Assembly (NCBI GenBank): GCA_026388185.1
Contig: JAPLKG010000014.1
Span: 79,281 to 143,280, forward strand
Source of the DNA: Candidatus Eiseniibacteriota bacterium
Lineage (GTDB): Bacteria; Eisenbacteria; RBG-16-71-46; JAFGJU01
Length of the DNA stretch: 64,000 bases
Direction of reading: 5' to 3'
The notes under the pieces are model-generated. The model did no database searches. It saw nothing but the letters and a program-made list of their open reading frames with translations, and was not told the DNA's origin. Below are positions 44,836 through 54,885 of the stretch, piece after piece. Position 1 is the stretch's first letter. Every line of letters starts with the position of its first letter. Both the position numbers and the translations under genes were made by a program.

Positions 44836-46932
44836 TCAAGGTTCAGACTCGTATTCCCTGAACTCCTGCCCCGCCAGCCAGTTTGCCAAGTCGGACGCGA
44901 AGGTCCAGTTGCCTCTGTTCAGCAAGTGCTGGCTCGAGAGAATATGAAGATCTGCCAGGGCCATCGCGTTTCGGGACAGAATTGCCGCTACTGGCGGCAC
45001 GGCCGCTCCTTTCTTGTAATCGTACTTGCCCGGCTTAGCCAGATTTTCGCCCGACCTCACACCCATCCCTCCTTCCAGGCCCCACGCAGAGTCTGAAGCG
45101 AGAAGTATGGGCCTGGCGTTCTCGGCTTCGACGATTCCACACTTGAAGGCGTAGCACTTCTCGTTCCCGAGATTCAGGATGGGGAACGTGGGATGTCTGC
45201 CGGCGGTTCTGGATGGAATGGGTTCATAAATCACAAAGGGAAGGAACGTGATGCCGAATGCTCTCGCCAGGGCCGCAATGGGAGCCTCCCTGTCGGGGAA
45301 TTGCCCCTCTCTAAACCACTCGCCCACTTCGTTATGTACACCGATGCTCGATGTAGGATCGCCAATGAGGAGCCATCTCAGTCTCTGGTTCTTGAGCTCC
45401 CCCGCATAGAGAAGAGGATCGTTCCTGAGCGGATTTACCACGACAACCGCATAGAGGCTCGAAACGTCGACGACCCCCTCTTCAATTGCCCACACCCAGA
45501 ATCCCTTGTCCCTGAGCAAGACGGCAAAGTCTAGAAGGCCATTCACTGGAGCTGCCATGTCCGGGCCGTAGCAACGCGTGTCAAAAAGAAGGTACGCCCC
45601 GATGCCGCCACTGGGAGGTTTTAGGAAGACAACTGTCTTCCGGGAGCCGTCGTCACCTACGAACTCAACAAATCCACTCTCTTTGACGCTGATTGCGAAA
45701 GTGAGCTCTCCCGAAGCATCTCTGACTGTGTCCGGTTCGATAGTGCCACCCTGGATATGCGCCGCGAGGTCCGTGGTTCCCTCGACCTTGACCTTCAGAA
45801 CAATGTAGTCGGCAGTCACAAGAGTGTACTGCGGCACAATGCGGGACGTCGGTCTCCTTTCCTTGCCGGCAAGCCAGGAGAAGAGGGCCAGAGCAAACTC
45901 CTTGTTCTGAGCGCACTCGATTCCGAGCTCCTTCTTCCCGCCGTTTGTTAGAAACTGGCTGTCGCCCACGCAGGCAACGCGACCCTTGCCGAACTTCACG
46001 GCGGCCCCGACTATGGCCTGAGCGGGAGTGGAGGTCTTTCCCGTAGAGAGCACGCTGACGGCCGACCCGGTCGTGATCAACTGCACTGATCTGGCCAGGG
46101 ACACGCTCCCAACGCCGAAGAAGTCTGATCCGGCAAGGATCCATTGGCCGGCCGTGCCTCTGATGCTATTCGCGGTGTCAACAACGGTTACGTTCCGAAA
46201 TCTGATTCCGAACATTGAGGCCAAAGTGTTTTGAAAATTGTCGGTGCCCGGCGCCGCTTCTTCACCAAGGATGAGGAGCCCGCCGCCATTTTTCACGTAC
46301 TCTACGATGGCGTTGATTTCCTTCGTCGTATATCTCTGGCCGACAGCGGGTCCCATGACAAGGACGCTTCCGCGAGGTTCAAACGCAAGGGAATATGTGA
46401 CCGGTATATTCGATTCCGTGACGACAAATCCTGCGTCGCGCAATGAGACAGTAAGCTCCGAGTATCCGAAAAAGCCGGCATCGAAAGGCGTCCAGAACTG
46501 CTCCCTGCTGTTATCAAACACGACGACGTCGCCAGTGGGAAAACCTTGAATCCTCTGCTGGGCCGAGCACGCCGGCAGGAACAGAACTTGCGCGCAACAG
46601 ATCAGCACCACGGCGACGACCCAACCGTGGGTCGAAAGACGAGCGATGCGATTCGCCGGCCCGCGATGCAACGGATGAACGTGTCGTGTGCCTTTCGGAA
46701 ACTTCGTCGATGTCCTTGACACTTGTCCTCCTCGGTTCCGAGCAAGAACTCCGGCAATCGCCTCCTTCGGAGGCGCGCTACCTAACATGATCAGGCAAAC
46801 AAGGCCGGGCGCGATTGCGCCCCCATGCTGCTTGATTTGATAGTAGGCGGATCGGGAAAGAGTGTCAACCCTTGAGCGGCTCGATGGAAACGTTCGACGC
46901 TTGAGTGGGGGCCGCGGCTTTTCCCGTCGCAA
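44836..46932 (-). CDS. secreted hypothetical protein (start uncertain)
   Basis: Long ORF, hydrophobic signal-like segment HGWVVAVVLICCAQVLFLPAC; no catalytic motif recognised. Confidence 0.45.
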   Translation of the reverse strand: MRREKPRPPLKRRTFPSSRSRVDTLSRSAYYQIKQHGGAIAPGLVCLIMLGSAPPKEAIAGVLARNRGGQVSRTSTKFPKGTRHVHPLHRGPANRIARLSTHGWVVAVVLICCAQVLFLPACSAQQRIQGFPTGDVVVFDNSREQFWTPFDAGFFGYSELTVSLRDAGFVVTESNIPVTYSLAFEPRGSVLVMGPAVGQRYTTKEINAIVEYVKNGGGLLILGEEAAPGTDNFQNTLASMFGIRFRNVTVVDTANSIRGTAGQWILAGSDFFGVGSVSLARSVQLITTGSAVSVLSTGKTSTPAQAIVGAAVKFGKGRVACVGDSQFLTNGGKKELGIECAQNKEFALALFSWLAGKERRPTSRIVPQYTLVTADYIVLKVKVEGTTDLAAHIQGGTIEPDTVRDASGELTFAISVKESGFVEFVGDDGSRKTVVFLKPPSGGIGAYLLFDTRCYGPDMAAPVNGLLDFAVLLRDKGFWVWAIEEGVVDVSSLYAVVVVNPLRNDPLLYAGELKNQRLRWLLIGDPTSSIGVHNEVGEWFREGQFPDREAPIAALARAFGITFLPFVIYEPIPSRTAGRHPTFPILNLGNEKCYAFKCGIVEAENARPILLASDSAWGLEGGMGVRSGENLAKPGKYDYKKGAAVPPVAAILSRNAMALADLHILSSQHLLNRGNWTFASDLANWLAGQEFREYESEP

Positions 46933-47082
46933 TCCGCCGTAAAGTCACAGTTGTCAAACATTAATCACAATTTGAATGGCAATTTGCCTTGTCAAAGATA
47001 CGGCTTCACGCTCTAATGGGTTCAGGCATGAGTCTTGCCCCCACAACCGGTGGCTCAAGACTGACGGAGGTTACAATCCCAC

Positions 47083-47883
47083 ATGATACCGAGTAGGGCG
47101 TCGGTTCTTGCCGTGCAAAAATCGAGGCGGCGGGCCAGGGTGTTTCTCAGGCGAGTTTGCCTTTTTGGGCTCGAACCCTCAACGGTGAGAGCCCTCGGGC
47201 AACTTCTCGGAAAACACTTCTGTTTTCTCTTGGCAAGGGGTGACGATGAGCTTTTCTCGACGATCCGCTCGACGGATCGCCTTGACGGACTGGTTCTCGG
47301 CGCCAGGCCCTCTCACCCTGACGCTGCCGAAGTGTGTCGGGCGAAACGCTGGGTAGGAACCGCGGATCCCAAAGAGACTGTCCTCCCCATCTTTGTCTTC
47401 GTGTCGTCTGATGACGCATCTACTCGCGGCGAGATGGAGAGTCTCGGCGCGAAATGGTTCTTTCAAAACCCGGGAGACATTTGGAAGTTGGCGGAGGCCA
47501 TCCACAAGGAACTCGGTCCGGTAGACGATGGAACCAATACTGCGACGTTCGGAGCGGGCCCGGAAGCAATCATCATCGGAACCATGACGTACATAGATCA
47601 AAATCTAGTGAGCATAAGAAGCTCGACGGAGATAAGCAACCATCTCGGGGTAACGCGCGAGCATCTATCCAGACAGTTTACGAGATACACGGGGCAAACC
47701 CTCTGGGATTTCATCGCAACGCGCAGGGTTCACAAGGCAATGGAGCTACTGGGGGGAAGGGAACTGTTGGTCAAACAGATAAGCCGCGAAGTCGGCTTCA
47801 ACTGTGAATCCAGTTTCTTCAGAGCCTTCACCAAGAAAACGGGGCTCACCCCGGAAGGCTTCAGAAAAGCGCGGCTAGGCTGA
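47083..47883 (+). CDS. AraC-family transcriptional regulator
   Basis: C-terminal AraC HTH: ISNHLGVTREHLSRQFTRYTGQTLWDFIATRRVHKAMELL ... SFFRAFTKKTGLTPEGFRK. Confidence 0.7.
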   Translation: MIPSRASVLAVQKSRRRARVFLRRVCLFGLEPSTVRALGQLLGKHFCFLLARGDDELFSTIRSTDRLDGLVLGARPSHPDAAEVCRAKRWVGTADPKETVLPIFVFVSSDDASTRGEMESLGAKWFFQNPGDIWKLAEAIHKELGPVDDGTNTATFGAGPEAIIIGTMTYIDQNLVSIRSSTEISNHLGVTREHLSRQFTRYTGQTLWDFIATRRVHKAMELLGGRELLVKQISREVGFNCESSFFRAFTKKTGLTPEGFRKARLG

Positions 47884-47905
47884 GGCGATTCCCGCGCCGG
47901 AGGCT

Positions 47906-49216
47906 TTACGTACAGAATCTCTCCAGCACGCGGAAGAGAATAAGCGCGCCGTTGACCAAACTCTCCGTGGAAATCCTCTCGTCAATCCCGTGTACCGTGT
48001 CCCACTCTTCCCATGTCGCAAACGCAGGATCGAAGCCGTAACAGATTATTCCCTTTTCCCTGAGGAAGCCCGAATCCGTCCCGCCGGGAGAAAGGTAGGG
48101 CAAGAACGCCGCCTTCGGATCGACATCGTGCAGGCTACTCTCGAGAGTCTTCCACAGCTCTGTATCCATTGTTGACTCGGTTCCGGGTTTATTCTGCAAT
48201 ATCTCGTACTGAACGTCAGGTGAATCCACGAGGGCTTGCACGGCCTTGAATATCTCTCCCGGGTCAACGCCCGGCATCACCCTGCAGTCCACCGAGAGCT
48301 CCGTTTCCATGGGAATGACGTTGACTTTGGTGCCGCCCTTGACGAGCGTAGGCGTCGCGGTGTTTCTTATCCAGGCATTCAATCTCTTGTCGAAAGTAGA
48401 TACGCCGGTAGAAAGATTCTCGCCGCTACCAAATACGTCAACCGCTCGCATTCCCTTGGAGAGGAACCCGAGCTTCTCGAGGCCCGCGATGAGTTTCTCT
48501 GTGACTGGTGTCTTCAGAACCGGAAAAACGTGCTTCCCGATTCGGGAGATTATTTCGCCGGTAAGCAAGACGGGGTTATTCCGCGTTGGAAGAGAGCCGT
48601 GCCCCCCCTCGCCCTTGATGTTGATTCTGATCCAGCAAATTCCCTTTTCGGCACATTGGCAGAAAAGCACTTTCCGGCCGTTCTGGTTAAGACCCAGACC
48701 ACCTTCGTTGATGACGTACTCGGCCTTGATTTCATCAAAGTGGTTCTGTATGAGCCACTTCACTCCGTATGTGCCGCCGGCCTCTTCGTCGGCAGTCGCG
48801 GCAAGTATGACGTCCCTCTTGAGCTTGAGCCCCGCCCTCTTGGCAAGAAGCAAGGCCATGAGTTCCATGGAGGTGAGGTCCTTTATGTCGAGCGCGCCCC
48901 TTCCCCAGACATAGTCGTTCTTCATTTCTGCGGCAAAGGGATCGACTTTCCACTTTTGAGCTTCTACGGGCACGACGTCCAGGTGAGCCAGCAAGAGAAG
49001 CGGAGCCTTGTCACCGTTGCCTTTTATCCTGCCAACCACGCTACCTCTCGTTGGCGTTGATGCGAGAACCTTCGCCGGGATTTTTTCGTTCTCCAGGATG
49101 CCCTTGACGAATTCCGCGGCGCGGATCTCGTTTCCCGGGGGATTCGACGTGTCAATCCGTATGAGCCCCTTGAGGATACTCAGTAACTCAGCCTCAAAGT
49201 CTTCTCCAGCAAACAT
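47906..49216 (-). CDS. M20/M25/M40 family metallopeptidase (ArgE/DapE/CPG2-like)
   Basis: LLLAHLDVVPVE, ADEEAGG, zinc-ligand pattern of M20. Confidence 0.85.
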   Translation of the reverse strand: MFAGEDFEAELLSILKGLIRIDTSNPPGNEIRAAEFVKGILENEKIPAKVLASTPTRGSVVGRIKGNGDKAPLLLLAHLDVVPVEAQKWKVDPFAAEMKNDYVWGRGALDIKDLTSMELMALLLAKRAGLKLKRDVILAATADEEAGGTYGVKWLIQNHFDEIKAEYVINEGGLGLNQNGRKVLFCQCAEKGICWIRINIKGEGGHGSLPTRNNPVLLTGEIISRIGKHVFPVLKTPVTEKLIAGLEKLGFLSKGMRAVDVFGSGENLSTGVSTFDKRLNAWIRNTATPTLVKGGTKVNVIPMETELSVDCRVMPGVDPGEIFKAVQALVDSPDVQYEILQNKPGTESTMDTELWKTLESSLHDVDPKAAFLPYLSPGGTDSGFLREKGIICYGFDPAFATWEEWDTVHGIDERISTESLVNGALILFRVLERFCT

Positions 49217-49240
49217 CGCGACCTCCTGGTGACGGCCGAC

Positions 49241-49807
49241 TCACGCGCCACCCATCTTTAGCCCACGTTCTTCACACTGCCTCTCGAGCTCAACCTTAAA
49301 AACATCAAAGGCTCTGGAACCGTAGAGCGCAAACATGACCTTCTTGAGAAAGCTCGTGCCCTCTTCCAGATAGTCTAGCACTACTGTGAGCATTATCCTG
49401 GCAGATTCTTCGACCTTCATCCCGCCGACCCCGGTTCCTATGGCGGGGAAGGCGATCGTTCTGACCTTCTTGTCCTCGGCGCACAAAAGGGTGTTCCGAG
49501 TGACCGTGGTGATTATGCCGCCACCTGTTCTCCTGTTAGGCCCCATGCCCGCTGCGTGGATGACATACTTTGCCCTCAACTCCCCCGCTCCTGTCGCAAC
49601 TGCCTGCCCCAACCCGATGGGGGCGACCGCGTCGCACTCTTCCTGAATACTCGGGCCTCCCTTTGTTCGGATGGCGCCCGCGACACCTGTTCCAAGGACC
49701 AGGTCGGTGTTGGCCGCATTCACGATTGCGTCCACCTCGAGCTCGGTTATGTCGCCCTCAAGAAGCTCTACCGTGCTATCCCCTGCTCTTACCTGTACAA
49801 TTTCCAT
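49241..49807 (-). CDS. macro domain protein (ADP-ribose / O-acetyl-ADP-ribose processing)
   Basis: GDITELEVDAIVNAANTDLVLGTGVAGAI...AIGTGVGG macro-domain signature; start at internal Met (49807) with GGGGTGAG RBS. Confidence 0.7.
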   Translation of the reverse strand: MEIVQVRAGDSTVELLEGDITELEVDAIVNAANTDLVLGTGVAGAIRTKGGPSIQEECDAVAPIGLGQAVATGAGELRAKYVIHAAGMGPNRRTGGGIITTVTRNTLLCAEDKKVRTIAFPAIGTGVGGMKVEESARIMLTVVLDYLEEGTSFLKKVMFALYGSRAFDVFKVELERQCEERGLKMGGA

Positions 49808-49929
49808 CAATCTCACCCCGAAGGCGGGCTCGACTCGCCCGCGCAAACGAAACGCTCTAGCATCGTCGCTCGGACCGCCATGTCCGCTGTCAAAGCCGCG
49901 CGAGAACTGCGCCGTCCCGGCCTTGCTCG

Positions 49930-51288
49930 TCAAGCGGTTTCGGCCACACTGCCGAAACCTCGCCTCCCTATGTTGATCGGTAGCACTTTGAACAATCTCA
50001 CTGACGCGAAAGCCGCAGCCAGACAAGCAATCTCAATTCCGAACGTGCATCGCGGAAGGACTGCAAGACCAACGTAGTCTGCAATCGCACCACCCACCAG
50101 TGTACCAGCCGCGAGCGCAAACGCAAGAACGCCCGCTAAGACGCCCAAGCCCCCGGCCCTGGTACTTTTCCCACTCAGTTCCGAAGTAAGCGTTATGGCG
50201 CTCACGTTGAACAGGGGGTAGATCGGAACGCAGAAGCAGATGGTTATGAAAATGGGATCCTTTGTCAGCGATACGAGGCCGTAGACGATGGCATAGGATG
50301 CGACTGCCAGAGTCAAGACCCTGATGGGACCCACCCTATCGACAAACCTCCCGGACGGCCCGAACGTGAACATTCCCAAGAGAGTGGACAACGCCATCGC
50401 CCATCCGAGGAGCGTCGTCGACGCCTTGGCATATTCCGTCAGGAAAACAGAGAAGTTGCCGAAGAAGACCCAGACCCCTCCGGAGCAGAGCCCCGCAAGA
50501 ATGCAGGTGGCGACAAGAGCCCTGGAGCCGTAGAGCGCCCTGAGGTCGGCGGTCATACCGTGAAGCCATGAGCCGGTCTCTTGATGGGGCACCTGGTTCA
50601 CAGCCAGGGGCTTGAGCAGAACCGCCACCAGAATCAACACAAATGCGCCAAACAGTGCCCCGCCCACGAGTATGCTTTTGACGGGCACACCGGTCATCGG
50701 CTCGAACAGATAGCCGCCGGCGATGCCGCCGATGAGCCAACCCAGGCTCTGGAAGGCCATGAGGTCACCGATCGCGCGACCCTTTTCACCTTCGCGCAGG
50801 AGCGTCACGTAACACTGAGAGATTGGCCGAAGAGCCGCGAAAAACAACGAGGATATGGTTGCAGCGAGCACCACGGAGGTGGTCGTGTGTGAGGCGCTCA
50901 GCGCATAGAGGCAGCCTCCGTAGCCGGCAAGCCCGACGAGAAGATAGGGCTTGAGCTTTCTGGTGTAATCTGCAAGCGCCCCCCAGAAGTTGCTCGCGAC
51001 AAACATGGCACCCGATGGTATGGCCACTATTGACGCTATGGCGAGAAGGCTCGTGTGGGCGAAGGTTCTTCTCACGTACAGAGGGATGAAGAACATCGTG
51101 ACCGTGAGACACATCCCCTCGGCAACGCTGGAAAGATAGAGCGGAACGAGAAAGCGCCAGCGAAGAGTTTTCTTATCTATTTGCACGGCGTTGCTTCTAC
51201 CCGAGCTGATTATGGACCTGAGCACAAACGGGAAGCGGGGAACCGGAGAAACCGGATCGAATCGGGACCCGCGGATCGGAACCCGCAA
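49930..51288 (-). CDS. MFS transporter
   Basis: 12 predicted TM helices; MFS loop motif between TM2-3. Confidence 0.8.
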   Translation of the reverse strand: MRVPIRGSRFDPVSPVPRFPFVLRSIISSGRSNAVQIDKKTLRWRFLVPLYLSSVAEGMCLTVTMFFIPLYVRRTFAHTSLLAIASIVAIPSGAMFVASNFWGALADYTRKLKPYLLVGLAGYGGCLYALSASHTTTSVVLAATISSLFFAALRPISQCYVTLLREGEKGRAIGDLMAFQSLGWLIGGIAGGYLFEPMTGVPVKSILVGGALFGAFVLILVAVLLKPLAVNQVPHQETGSWLHGMTADLRALYGSRALVATCILAGLCSGGVWVFFGNFSVFLTEYAKASTTLLGWAMALSTLLGMFTFGPSGRFVDRVGPIRVLTLAVASYAIVYGLVSLTKDPIFITICFCVPIYPLFNVSAITLTSELSGKSTRAGGLGVLAGVLAFALAAGTLVGGAIADYVGLAVLPRCTFGIEIACLAAAFASVRLFKVLPINIGRRGFGSVAETA

Positions 51289-51489
51289 CTCCGAAACTCA
51301 CAAGAGGCTCATTCTATTGCTGATTTGGGCGATTGTCAATGAGGGTGGGCGAGGGACGGCATGTTGTACCTCGCCAGCCCCGCGAGGGCCTACGTACTCC
51401 CCCCCACTCGCGCCCATGTTCCTTTACTTTGCCGCATCTTCAGTATAGGCTGTCACTCTTAGACCGCGAGGGGCCGAGACAAGAGGGAG

Positions 51490-52482
51490 ATGAGAATGGC
51501 CGGCAACGCTCTATCAATCACGATCAGAAGAGCCCGCGCTTCCGACAAAAAAGTCGTGCTGGGTTTCTGCCGCCGCACCTGGGGAGACTGGGGAGATTAC
51601 ATCGACAAGGTGTGGGATGAGTGGGTGAAGGATAAGAGGGGATTCTTCGCAATCGCCGCTATTGGGAAAAGGCCGGTCGGCACGGCGAAGCTCACGGTTC
51701 TCAACAAGCGAGAGATGTGGTTTGAGGGCCTGAGGGTTGATCCCTCGTTCAGGGGAGCGGGCATCTCGCATCTTCTCACGGGGTTTCTGGCGAAGGAGGC
51801 TTTGAGGAGGGGGGCGGAGACAGTGCGCTACGCAACCGGGGCCGGAAATCGAGCCTCGCTGCACATCGGGAAGAGCTGGGGACTGAGGCTCGTGGGGAAG
51901 TATTCCATCCTGACGGCCTCCTCCGACGGGAGACGGTGCAGTGTGTTTGAGCGAACGTCGGACCCCGTGACGGCGCTTGCAGCGGTCGCGAACGCGGGTG
52001 TGCATTGCGCGGCCGGACTTGCGTCGGAGGGATGGACGTTCTTCGAGGTGAACAGAGATTTTCTCGCCGCGTCCTTCAAGAAGCGAGAAGTCTTCCTTGG
52101 CCTGCTGCCGCCCCAGGGGGCGGACTTGCCGCAGAGGCGGTCTATCGCCAGGCGGCCTCCGGATTCCGGCGTCGCTTCCCCGCTCGGTATTCTCATCGCT
52201 TCGCCGCAGCGAAAGAAGGGCAGACTCCTGGTGAAGCTGGTGGCAGAATTGAGAGAGAATGCGCTCGGCTTGCTACTCTCCGGCACAAGAAAACTCGCCC
52301 ACGAATTGGCCCTGCCCCGAGTCAGGCTGATCGTCCCCGCCAAACGCGCGATTCTGGCTTGCGCAAAAGGAGCGGGCTTCAGAGAGGAGGACGAGGGGTT
52401 CTATCACGTGGTGATGGAAGCCCATCTCGGGGACAAGAGAACCAGGGCGCGCGTGGAACGACTGGTTAATAGATATGTGTGA
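51490..52482 (+). CDS. GNAT acetyltransferase domain protein (N-terminal GNAT plus C-terminal extension)
   Basis: LRVDPSFRGAGISHLLTGFLAKEA motif in first half; 330 aa. Confidence 0.6.
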   Translation: MRMAGNALSITIRRARASDKKVVLGFCRRTWGDWGDYIDKVWDEWVKDKRGFFAIAAIGKRPVGTAKLTVLNKREMWFEGLRVDPSFRGAGISHLLTGFLAKEALRRGAETVRYATGAGNRASLHIGKSWGLRLVGKYSILTASSDGRRCSVFERTSDPVTALAAVANAGVHCAAGLASEGWTFFEVNRDFLAASFKKREVFLGLLPPQGADLPQRRSIARRPPDSGVASPLGILIASPQRKKGRLLVKLVAELRENALGLLLSGTRKLAHELALPRVRLIVPAKRAILACAKGAGFREEDEGFYHVVMEAHLGDKRTRARVERLVNRYV

Positions 52483-52562
52483 GGTCGCCTCAGTATGGCG
52501 GCCCCGAAGCGTGCATGAGACCTGCATGAAGAAGAGACGAAAGGGCTGAGGGCAAAGGGAGA

Positions 52563-53690
52563 ATGAATACCTCGGGGAAACCCAGAAAGCTCCGCCTTTG
52601 CTACGTCGCGGATTTGCGAAGCTTGCATACACAGAGATGGGTGACCTATTTTGCGAAGCGCGGCCACTCGGTTACGGTTCTGAGCCCCACCAAGATGGAG
52701 CTACCCGGTGTTAGGGTCCATCGTATTCTCTGGAAGTCTGGCCTGCCCAAGCTCCTGCTGCTCGTGAATATTCTGCCGATTATCATTGTTCTTCGGACTG
52801 CCAGACCCGACGTGCTACACGCGCACTACGTTCGTGTCTATGGCTGGCTTGCCGCCCTCAGTTTCTTCAAGCCCCTCATCATAACGGTCTGGGGCGGCGA
52901 CGTATTGGAAGACCAGGGGGCGTTCTCCGATTTCTTGGGAAGGAAGCTGACACCGTTTGCGCTCAGAAGGGCGAGCATCGTAACTGCGCAGTCGCGCTTC
53001 CTCGAGCAACGAGTCATTGACTTGGGCAAGCCGGAAGGTAACGTGCACATGGTGGGCCACGGCGTGGACCGAAAACAGTTCAGATCGGGCCTCAACTCTG
53101 ATTCTTTGAGAAACGAATTGGGGCTGGGAGAGGTTCCGGTTGTCCTCTGTACGCGCCTCATAACCAGGCTTTACAACACGGAAACGATTATCAGGGCCAT
53201 CCCGCTTGTTATAAATGAAATCCCTGCAGCAAAGTTCATCTTCTCAGAGCTTGCGGGCGAGGAGCCTTACATCCAGGAGATGAAAGCCCTCGCGAAGGAA
53301 CTTGGCGTCGAGGGCTCCGTCGTATTTCTCAGGGAGATCCCTCCCGGTCGCATGCCACTCTTTCTGAATCTCGCTCGGGTGCTTGTCTCGATTCCGGACT
53401 CCGACTCTGGAATGCCCCAGACCGTTCTCGAGGCAATGTCGTGCGGAACTGTGCCAATAGTATCAAGTCTCCCACAGTATAGCGAGCTCATCAAGAGCGA
53501 GACCAACGCCCTCGTAGTGCCGCCGAAAGATGTTCGTGCCCTGGCAGTTGCTATTCTTAGACTTCTCAAGGATCATGCGCTCAGAGAAAAGCTCTCCAGG
53601 GCCTGCTTAGATACAGTAATGGAAGGCATGGATTACGAAGCTGAGATGGCCAAGATGGAAGGGCTCTACCATGAGCTAAGCAGGACTTGA
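52563..53690 (+). CDS. glycosyltransferase family 4
   Basis: GT-B fold; C-terminal EX7E-like region (ESELIKSETNALVV). Confidence 0.8.
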   Translation: MNTSGKPRKLRLCYVADLRSLHTQRWVTYFAKRGHSVTVLSPTKMELPGVRVHRILWKSGLPKLLLLVNILPIIIVLRTARPDVLHAHYVRVYGWLAALSFFKPLIITVWGGDVLEDQGAFSDFLGRKLTPFALRRASIVTAQSRFLEQRVIDLGKPEGNVHMVGHGVDRKQFRSGLNSDSLRNELGLGEVPVVLCTRLITRLYNTETIIRAIPLVINEIPAAKFIFSELAGEEPYIQEMKALAKELGVEGSVVFLREIPPGRMPLFLNLARVLVSIPDSDSGMPQTVLEAMSCGTVPIVSSLPQYSELIKSETNALVVPPKDVRALAVAILRLLKDHALREKLSRACLDTVMEGMDYEAEMAKMEGLYHELSRT

Positions 53691-53779
53691 AATTCCGTTC
53701 GTTGTCCAGGATGGAGATCAGAATGGGAGGGTGGCAGAAATTGTCCGACTTTAGGAACTTCAGTAACTGAGGGGAGGTC

Positions 53780-54586
53780 ATGATGAATGTCGCTTTCTAT
53801 CAAAGTTGTCCCATTTACGGCGACGTTGACTACAATCTTTTCACGGCGCTGGGCACCCTCGGTTCCACCAAGTCAGACTTGTACGTACTCCCCGAACTTT
53901 TTTCAACCGGCTACCTCTTCGGTTCGAGAAAAGAACTTGGCGACCTCGCAGAGCCAATTCCGTCCGGACCCACTACTCGCGAGCTCATCCAGTTCTGTCG
54001 CTCAGAGAGATGCGCAATAGTTGCGGGGGTCGCGGAAAAGGAAGGCAAAAAGTTCTACAATTCCGCCATCCTGGTAGGTCCAAGAGGACTCATAGGAAAA
54101 TACAGAAAGACCCATCTTTTCAACCAGGAGAAACTATGGTTTCACCCCGGCAACACGGGTTTCCAGGTGTGGCGATACAAGAACGCAAGAATAGGCCTGA
54201 TGATCTGCTTCGACTGGATATATCCTGAAGCTGCAAGGGCACTTGCTCTCAAGGGCGCGGACATAATATGCCATCCGTCCAACCTGGTTCTACCATACTG
54301 CCAGGCTGCGATGAAGACGCGCTCCATCGAGAATAGGGTCTTCACCATTACTGCCAATAGGGTGGGGAAAGAAATAAAGGGAAAGGTGGAACTAACATTC
54401 TCCGGTAGCAGTCAGATAACGGACCCGCTCGGCGGCGTTCTGGCAAGAGCTTCCGAGGCGACGGAGAGAATAATGGCAGTGAAAATTCGACCTGAACAGG
54501 CAAGGAACAAGAAGGCAACGCCGGGAAATCAAATTTTCAGAGACAGAAGGCCAGTTTATTACAAGGATCTTACGAAGCGCGTCTAA
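53780..54586 (+). CDS. carbon-nitrogen hydrolase (nitrilase superfamily)
   Basis: E-K-C triad context: LYVLPELF (Glu), RKTHLF (Lys), LMICFDW (Cys). Confidence 0.85.
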   Translation: MMNVAFYQSCPIYGDVDYNLFTALGTLGSTKSDLYVLPELFSTGYLFGSRKELGDLAEPIPSGPTTRELIQFCRSERCAIVAGVAEKEGKKFYNSAILVGPRGLIGKYRKTHLFNQEKLWFHPGNTGFQVWRYKNARIGLMICFDWIYPEAARALALKGADIICHPSNLVLPYCQAAMKTRSIENRVFTITANRVGKEIKGKVELTFSGSSQITDPLGGVLARASEATERIMAVKIRPEQARNKKATPGNQIFRDRRPVYYKDLTKRV

Positions 54587-54885
54587 ACGTCCGCCAAGAT
54601 ACAACAGGAAGAATACACCCTCTCTCTTTACCCTCAAACCCATTTGACACAAACAACCGTACTCTACCCCGAGGCCACATTTCGATTGAAAAAGCACCTT
54701 GTTTGTGATAGGCTATCCCTTGGGCAGACTTAAGATTAGTTGCGATTGAATTAGTCCTTCTTGAATAACATAGACCTACATTTCGGCTCCAATAGCCCAG
54801 TTGCTCTGGTCCTTCTGGCCAGGCAGTTCTTGAGAATAGTCTGTGCCAGATCGCCCGCACTAATGGTGTCACGAGGAGGCATACC

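Noticed and set aside
46933-47082. Direct TTGTCAAA repeats in the AraC upstream region as regulator binding sites
   Set aside because: Only two short 8-mers. They could simply be -35-like hexamers. Insufficient evidence.
51490-53690. GNAT (330 aa, possibly two GNAT halves) + GT4 pair as mycothiol/bacillithiol-type (MshD/MshA or BshA-like) thiol biosynthesis genes
   Set aside because: Rests only on domain sizes and order. No deacetylase or ligase (MshB/MshC, BshB/BshC) nearby and no diagnostic residues checked. Too speculative.
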